Shown here in pieces: positions 55,016 to 64,000 of a DNA stretch of 64,000 nt; position 1 is the stretch's first letter, and each line of letters opens with the position of its first letter. The DNA comes from Eledone cirrhosa (Eukaryota): the NCBI GenBank assembly GCA_964016885.1, contig OZ024747.1, positions 76,260,001-76,324,000 on the forward strand. Direction: 5' to 3'. Position numbers and translations under genes: made by a program. Under the pieces are notes generated by a model, which saw only the letters and a program-made list of their open reading frames with translations, made no database searches and was not told the DNA's origin.

Positions 55016-56559
55016 ACCATTCTTTGATGATAGTAATAATAATAAAAATAACAGTAATATATATCCGCTCCAAATGACAGAATAACTCGTATAGCTTTAT
55101 AAATAAATGCTCTTAAAAAACGATTCTTTTGAAACACAAATCATTGAAAGGCATGTAGCATAGAATAGGTTATTTTATATGAAACTTCTGGAGAAATGAC
55201 TAAAACATGTGTGTTGATGGTCAAAACATACACCATGACAATAGACTTCAGCAAACACTCGAATGCTTAACAAATAATATAAATGATAATTTATAAATGA
55301 TATAGCTCTTCATAAAAACATTTTTCTCAAAACCACGCCTTTAAAGCAACCCGCAAAAATTCTATATTATAACTCCCGATAATATCAGAGAATGTGTTAA
55401 AATCGACCCCTACAAAAGACATGACATCGATTTTGAAAGCCTGCTTTCGAAAACAAGGAAAATATGACAAGTGTTGAACACCGTACCTGACAAGAAAACA
55501 AACCGATATGCATCTCTCCAGGGATTTGTAGTATCAAATTTGAGGTTTGTTGCAGGCAGGTTCGGTAACTGGAAAAATGTTGGCATTGAAAATAGTCAAA
55601 ACATTTTTAAGGTTGTCGTTTGTCATACAGGACTAGAAAGTCCGGCATTCATTTTCGTACCCCCTTAAAAACCCTGGATTTTCTTCTTAGACTGATCATT
55701 GACTTACTGATATAATAATGAATCCCTTCCGAAAAAAGAATAATAATTTAACCATTAATCTATCGCATCAAATGGCCGTGGTAATCTCACAACCTCTCTA
55801 AAATGCTAAAGGCGGTGGAAGCATTTCTGAATTGGAGGGGCGGGAGCACATTTTGGACCCGAGAGTATATAGTGAAAATAATTGTTTCTACTTTAGGCAC
55901 AAGGCCAGCAATTACCCAGTGCATTACTGGTACTTTATTACTAGTATATAGTGAAAATAATGTTAGTTGGGTATATTTATGATATATAATTCACAGCGAG
56001 CCTTTAGTTTTAACCACAAACGTTAATAACGCAATAACTGGATGTTTGAGAAGAGGAACACTGAAAAAGCTTAATGATAAAATAATATATTCATCAAGAT
56101 AGTTGATCATAAATTGTGTGAAATAGAAAATAATATATCACTTTGGATTGAAGTTGACATGATTGATAGAGAACGATAGCAGAATCAAAGAAGCTATTTC
56201 TATAAATCCTGTTGACAATTCACTCAATAGGCTCAGCTTTTATATCAATATTGCTGACTTTACAGAAAATCGAATTTCAAATTTTCTGTTTCCATAGAAG
56301 TTGTCCCTCTATTATGGAAATTGAATTCTATAGTGTTCATTGATGTGGTTTCTTTGTGATCTATATCTAGAGATATTTGATTTTTCGAAATTCCCCGTTG
56401 GATACAGAAACACCTTTTTCGCATTCCTGATATTTCAGTTGTTTTGGCCAAATACATTCCATATAAAATATCAATAATTGTCTAATTTCTTGACAGATTG
56501 TACAGGCAAAATAACCCCACAGGTAGACCCCGAGAAAGATGGTTGGATAACAGGAATAA

Positions 56560-56845
56560 GCTTGTTTGGTCTTGATTGATGGATCCAACCGGATAAATTG
56601 GAGACGGTTGCATCTGACAGGACCCGCTGGAAGGGGTGCTGGAAGGGGTGCCCTCACTACACTCATAGAAGAAGAAGAAGAAGAAGAAGAAGAAGAAGAA
56701 GAAGAAGAAGAAGAAGAAGAAGAAAAAGAAGAAGAAGAAGAAGAAGAAGAAGAAGAAGAAAAAGAAGAAGAAGAAGAAGAAGAAGAAGAAGAAGAAGAAG
56801 AAGAAGAAGAAGAAGAAGAAGAAGAAGAAGAAGAAGAAGAAGAAG
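56560..56845 (+). mobile_element. probable RTE-like 3' end with (GAA)n tail
   Basis: LETVASDRTRWKG resembles RTE C-terminal AxDRxxWR; followed by ~180 bp of (GAA)n. Confidence 0.45.
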
Positions 56846-57143
56846 ACAACAGCAACAATAACAACAAGATATTTTTTGTTGTAGGCTGAACATTGTGGTA
56901 CACAATGTATAGGAACATATTTACTAGATATAGGAATGGACTCGTAGAGAAAGTATGCAATACAAATGTATTTTTTTTAATATAACTAATATTTTCGATA
57001 GTACGGTAGGAAAGACAACCTGAAGTTAAGATATCGCTTTAAACAAGAATGTTACTTAACGTTCGGGTGCACTTTTACGGGGCTTTTAAAGAAAACTGTT
57101 TTCAATATATTTAAGAGGTATTAATTTCTTTCTTACGTTCTCT

Positions 57144-57193
<50 letters not shown>

Positions 57194-57212
57194 ATGCACA
57201 CACACAAACATT

Positions 57213-57256
<44 letters not shown>

Positions 57257-57791
57257 TGTGTGTGTGTGTGTGTGTCTATGACAGATATAAGTAGACCTAT
57301 ATCCTAAGCGGTCAAACATTTGCAAATGGACAAATAATAATGTTTTAAATAAATGGACAAATAATAATGTATTAAATAAATACATATATATTTACTTCTA
57401 GCGTGGTCATATTTTTATATAGGTCAAAGATATGCATGAAATTACATATATATATGTGTGTGTGTGTATGTTTATTTGTTTATATACATATATACACGAT
57501 GAACGTGCGCAAAGTTTTCATCTACCACTTTCCATACAAAAACTATTGGTTAATATGAACCTATCGTGCCATGCTGTGTTCTCGAAGCAGCCTCGTGTAT
57601 TCACCATTCTGCTGCAATCCTTTCACCATTTGACAATTGAACGCCAAGTTGCAGATTAACTCGCCATATTCTAAATCGATGAAGATCTTTCTTGATGAAA
57701 ACATTTCTCCCTACCATTTCTAGCTGCCTTCAACCTCTTACGTCCCCTTTCCTCACCCTTTCTTTCTTTTACTATCTCTCTCTCACCACCA

Positions 57792-57841
<50 letters not shown>

Positions 57842-58137
57842 TTGTCTTTCATCTTTCTCTCTCTCTGGAGGAATATGTTTAAGTTTACCCAAATGAAACC
57901 TAACCATCTGGAAAATTCTGTGACGTATGACTTGTAGGATATAGTTTAAACTCACAAAACGTAGTTTTATATATGTCTGAGGGAAGTAAATAAAGGTGCA
58001 TACATTCTTTACACACCCTCACACATACCGGCACACGCAAACAAGTATACACACTCGCACAAATAGTATATATATGTAAACTAAAGCGCACGCACATGCA
58101 TACACACACGCACATACACATACACACACACACACAC

Positions 58138-58222
<85 letters not shown>

Positions 58223-58782
58223 GAGAAAGAATGAAAGAGATTATGAGAGAGGTGGGCACAGCAATGAAATAAAGAGAGAGAGAGAGACAAAAGGCAGATG
58301 TGACTAGCTTCTGCAAAATGATATGAATTCGATTTACGCCTCGAAGAAAACATTTAAATATTTATCTTGATATATGTGTCTATATATGTTTCTATGTGTG
58401 TCCCGTTACTCTATATTTGTATTCTCCGGGGGGGGGGGGGGGGTGACTAAAATATTTACTAGTATTCTATATGTTGTTGCAATACGGCAGAAGGATATAA
58501 TACATTTCTGTACACCTATATAGATAACAAGTATCATTATGGTTTGTCGAATCAAGTCTATACATCAAGTAATGAGGGAATTCATCCTTTGTACAGACAT
58601 GGCTGTATGTTTTAAGAAATCTTTGTAAACGTTATTGTAGATTTGTATCAACTAATCCTGACTGGGTTGTTTCCCATTCTAACGCCCCATAAATATTTCC
58701 GGTGTACTTGTATAACGAACTACAGGATTATTTCATATGTTTCTCCTAAGTGTTAGTAAATGTTATTATTTCACTACGGATG

Positions 58783-58984
58783 GGCAGTAGATTGGTAGTA
58801 TCGGTAGATCATCGGACATGGCCCTTTATGTTCCGAGTTCAAATCCCGCCCAGGTTTGCTGCGCCTTTCATCCTTATGGGGTCGATAAAATAACGTACAA
58901 GTAGTAATGCAAATGGATTGATTTAAACAACCCCCGCCCCCGAAAGAAAAATTGCTCGCCTTGTGTGTAGAATAGAAACAATTG
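58783..58984 (+). mobile_element. SINE family A
   Basis: agattggtagtatcggtaga head, gagttcaaatccc, gcctttcatccttatggggtcgataaaa, tail tagaaacaatt. Confidence 0.8.
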
Positions 58985-58999
58985 TTTCACTACGTAAGG

Positions 59000-61900
59000 C
59001 AGTCTCTGTAGAATGTATTGACAGTATATGTAGAATGTATTGACAGTATCTGTAGAATGTATTGACAGTATCTGTAGAATGTATTGACAGTATCTGTAGA
59101 ATGTATTGACAGTATCTGTAGAATGTATTGACAGTATATGTAGAATGTATTGACAGTATATGTAGAATGTATTGGCAGTATATGTAGAATGTATTGACAG
59201 TATCTGTAGAATGTATTGACAGTATATGTAGAATGTATTGACAGTATCTGTAGAATGTATTGGCAGTATCTGTAGAATGTATTGACAGTATATGTAGAAT
59301 GTATTGGCAGTATATGTAGAATGTATTGACAGTATCTGTAGAATGTATTGACAGTATATGTAGAATGTATTGACAGTATATGTAGAATGTATTGACAGTA
59401 TCTGTAGAATGTATTGACAGTATATGTAGAATGTATTGAGAGTATCTGTAGAATGGATTGACAGTATCTGTAGAATGTATTGGCAGTATATGTAGAATGT
59501 ATTGACAGTATATGTAGAATGTATTGACAGTATATGTAGAATATATTGGCAGTATCTGTAGAATGTATTGACAGTATATGTAGAATGTATTGACAGTATA
59601 TGTAGAATGTATTGACAGTATCTGTAGAATGTATTGGCAGTATCTGTAGAATGTGTTGACAGTATCTGTAGAATGTATTGACAGTATATGTAGAATGTAT
59701 TGACAGTATATGTAGAATGTATTGACAGTAAATGTAGAATGTATTGACAGTATATGTATAATGTATTGACAGTATATGTAGAATGTATTGACAGTATCTG
59801 TAGAATGTATTGGCAGTATATGTAGAATGTATTGACAGTATCTGTAGAATGTATTGACAGTATCTGTAGAATGTATTGACAGTATCTGTAGAATGTGTTG
59901 ACAGTATCTGTAGAATGTATTGACAATATCTGTAGAATGTATTGACAGTATCTGTAGAATGTGTTGACAGTATCTGTAGAATGTATTGACAATATCTGTA
60001 GAATGTATTGGCAGTATCTGTAGAATGTATTGACAGTATCTGTAGAATGTGTTGACAGTATATGTAGAATGTATTGACAGTATCTGTAGAATGTATTGAC
60101 AGTATATGTAGAATGTATTGGCAGTATATGTAGAATGTATTGACAGTATCTGTAGAATGTATTGGCAGTATATGTAGAATGTATTGACAGTATCTGTAGA
60201 ATGTATTGACAGTATCTGTATAATGTATTGACAGTATATGTAGAATGTATTGACAGTATCTGTAGAATGTGTTGACAGTATCTGTAGAATGTATTGACAA
60301 TATCTGTAGAATGTATTGACAGTATCTGTAGAATGTATTGACAGTATCTGTAGAATGTATTGACAGTATCTGTAGAATGTATTGGCAGTATCTGTAGAAT
60401 GTATTGACAGTATCTGTAGAATGTATTGACAGTATCTGTAGAATGTATTGGCAGTATCTGTAGAATGTATTGACAGTATATGTAGAATGTATTGACAGTA
60501 TCTGTAGAATGTATTGGCAGTATATGTAGAATGTATTGACAGTATCTGTAGAATGTATTGACAGTATATGTAGAATGTATTGACAGTATATGTAGAATGT
60601 ATTGACAGTATCTGTAGAATGTATTGGCAGTATCTGTAGAATGTATTGACAGTATATGTAGAATGTATTGACAGTATCTGTAGAATGTATTGACAGTATA
60701 TGTAGAATGTATTGACAGTATCTGTAGAATGTATTGGCAGTATCTGTAGAATGTGTTGACAGTATCTGTAGAATGTATTGACAGTATATGTAGAATGTAT
60801 TGACAGTATATGTAGAATGTATTGACAGTAAATGTAGAATGTATTGACAGTATATGTATAATGTATTGACAGTATATGTAGAATGTATTGACAGTATCTG
60901 TAGAATGTATTGGAAGTATATGTAGAATGTATTGACAGTATCTGTAGAATGTATTGACAGTATCTGTAGAATGTATTGACAGTATCTGTAGAATGTGTTG
61001 ACAGTATCTGTAGAATGTATTGACAATATCTGTAGAATGTATTGACAGTATCTGTAGAATGTGTTGACAGTATCTGTAGAATGTATTGACAATATCTGTA
61101 GAATGTATTGGCAGTATCTGTAGAATGTATTGACAGTATCTGTAGAATGTGTTGACAGTATATGTAGAATGTATTGACAGTATCTGTAGAATGTATTGAC
61201 AGTATATGTAGAATGTATTGGCAGTATATGTAGAATGTATTGACAGTATCTGTAGAATGTATTGGCAGTATATGTAGAATGTATTGACAGTATCTGTAGA
61301 ATGTATTGACAGTATCTGTATAATGTATTGACAGTATATGTAGAATGTATTGACAGTATCTGTAGAATGTGTTGACAGTATCTGTAGAATGTATTGACAA
61401 TATCTGTAGAATGTATTGACAGTATCTGTAGAATGTATTGACAGTATCTGTAGAATGTATTGACAGTATCTGTAGAATGTATTGGCAGTATCTGTAGAAT
61501 GTATTGACAGTATCTGTAGAATTTATTGACAGTATCTGTAGAATGTATTGGCAGTATCTGTAGAATGTATTGACAGTATATGTAGAATGTATTGACAGTA
61601 TCTGTAGAATGTATTGGCAGTATATGTAGAATGTATTGACAGTATCTGTAGAATGTATTGACAGTATATGTAGAATGTATTGACAGTATATGTAGAATGT
61701 ATTGACAGTATCTGTAGAATGTATTGGCAGTATCTGTAGAATGTATTGACAGTATATGTAGAATGTATTGACAGTATCTGTAGAATGTATTGGCAGTATA
61801 TGTAGAATGTATTGACAGTATCTGTAGAATGTATTGGCAGTATATTTAGAATGTATTGACAGTATATGTAGAATGTATTGACAGTATATGTAGAATGTAT

Positions 61901-64000
61901 TGACAGTATCTGTAGAATGTATTGGCAGTATATGTAGAAGGTATTGACAGTATTTGTAGAATGTATTGGCAGTATATGTAGAATGTATTGACAGTATCTC
62001 TAGAATGTATTGACAGTATCTGTAGAATGTATTGACAGTATCTGTGGAATGTATTGACAGTATATGTAGAATGTATTGGTAGTATATGTAGAATGTATTG
62101 ACAGTATCTGTAGAATGTATTGACAGTATCTGTAGAATGTATTGACAGTATCTGTAGAATGTATTGACAGTATCTGTGGAATGTATTGACAGTATATGTA
62201 GAATGTATTGGTAGTATATGTAGAATGTATTGACAGTATATGTAGAATGTATTGACAGTATCTGTAGAATGTATTGACAGTATCTGTAGAATGTATTGAC
62301 AGTATATGTAGAATGTATTGACAGTATATGTAGAATGTATTGGCAGTATATGTAGAATGTATTGACAGTATCTGTAGAATATATTGACAGTATATTTAGA
62401 ATGTATTGACAGTATCTGTGGAATGTATTGACAGTATATGTAGAATGTATTGGTAGTATATGTAGAATGTATTGACAGTATCTGTAGAATGTATTGACAG
62501 TATCTGTAGGATGCATTGACAGTATCTGTAGAAAGTATTGACAGTATCTGTAGAATGTATTGACTGTATCTGTAGAATGTATTGACAGTATATGTAGAAT
62601 GTATAGACAGTATCTGTAGAATGTATTGACAGTATATGTAGAATGTATTGACAGTATCTGTGGAATGTATTGACAGTATATGTAGAATGGATTGGTAGTA
62701 TATGTAGAATGTATTGACAGTATCTGTAGAATATATTGACAGTATATTTAGAATGTATTGACAGAATCTGTAGGATGCATTGACAGTATATGTAGAATGT
62801 ATTGGTAGTATATGTAGAATGTATTGACAGTATCTGTAGAATGTATTGACAGTATCTGTAGAATGTATTGACAGTATATGTAGAATGTATTGACAGTATA
62901 TGTAGAATGTATTGGCAGTATATGTAGAATGTATTGACAGTATCTGTAGAATGTATTGACAGTATCTGTAGAATGTATTGACAGTATATGTAGAATGTAT
63001 TGACAGTATCTGTAGAATGTATTGGCAGTATCTGTAGAATGTATTGACAGTATCTGTAGAATGTATTGACAGTATCTGTAGAATGTATTGACAGTATCTG
63101 TAGAATGTGTTGACAGTATCTGTAGAATGTATTGACAATATCTGTAGAATGTATTGACAGTATCTGTAGAATGTATTGGCAGTATCTGTAGAATGTATTG
63201 ACAGTATCTGTAGAATGTATTGACAGTATCTGTAGAATGTATTGGCAGTATCTCTAGAATGTATTGACAGTATATGTAGAATGTATTGACAGTATCTGTA
63301 GAAAGTATTGGCAGTATATGTAGAATGTATTGACAGTATCTGTAGAATGTATTGACAGTATATGTAGAATGTATTGACAGTATATGTAGAATGTATTGAC
63401 AGTATCTGTAGAATGTATTGGCAGTATCTGTAGAATGTATTGACAGTATATGTAGAATGTATTGACAGTATCTGTAGAATGTATTGGCAGTATATGTAGA
63501 ATGTATTGACAGTATCTGTAGAATGTATTGGCAGTATATTTAGAATGTATTGACAGTATATGTAGAATGTATTGACAGTAAATGTAGAATGTATTGACAG
63601 TATCTGTAGAATGTATTGGTAGTATATGTAGAAGTTATTGACAGTATCTGTAGAATGTATTGGCAGTATATGTAGAATGTATTGACAGTATCTGTAGAAT
63701 GTATTGACAGTATCTGTAGAATGTATTGACAGTATCTGTGGAATGTATTGACAGTATATGTAGAATATATTGACAGTATCTGTAGAATGTATTGACAGTA
63801 TATGTAGAATGTATTGAGAGTATCTGTAGAATGGATTGACAGTATCTGTAGAATGTATTGGCAGTATATGTAGAATGTATTGACAGTATATGTAGAATAT
63901 ATTGACAGTATATGTAGAATATATTGGCAGTATCTGTAGAATGTATTGACAGTATATGTAGAATGTATTGACAGTATCTGTAGAATGTATTGACAGTATA
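59000..64000. repeat. 22-bp tandem satellite (TGTAGAATGTATTGRCAGTATM), about 227 copies, running off the window end
   Basis: Head-to-tail monomers of apparently constant length with no spacers. Confidence 0.97.

Noticed and set aside
56566-56889. Poly-Glu ORFs (also 33702-33902)
   Set aside because: Products of (GAA)n microsatellites
58923-62516. 1197-aa and overlapping long ORFs as genes
   Set aside because: They are translations of the 22-bp satellite, giving the same peptide in all frames
59000-64000. CRISPR-like array
   Set aside because: Monomers are contiguous with no unique spacers, there are no cas genes, and the context is eukaryotic

Overview
AT-rich, microsatellite-dense eukaryotic DNA with no recognisable host protein-coding exon, so it is intergenic or deep intronic. 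The SINE families and the abundance of (TA)n, (CA)n and (GAA)n tracts point to a cephalopod, probably Octopus (inference). Contents: one apparently intact RTE-clade LINE (APE + RT ORF, 20121-23420) sitting inside a (TA)n tract; four truncated or decayed R4/Dong-type REL retrotransposons at 26.4-31.4 kb, the two younger ones abutting (TAA)n; more than 20 tRNA-derived SINE copies of two superfamilies; mariner relics; and a 22-bp satellite with higher-order structure from about 59.0 kb to the window end. The least obvious signal is a set of short, non-coding, (TA)n-associated repeats carrying type I hammerhead ribozyme folds (clearest at 37074-37184 and 15758-15818). Several occur as outward-facing inverted pairs or as tandem units, resembling non-autonomous Penelope-like elements or retrozymes. 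Nearly all ORFs in the supplied track are microsatellite or satellite artefacts. All alignments and folds were done by eye, so boundaries are approximate.
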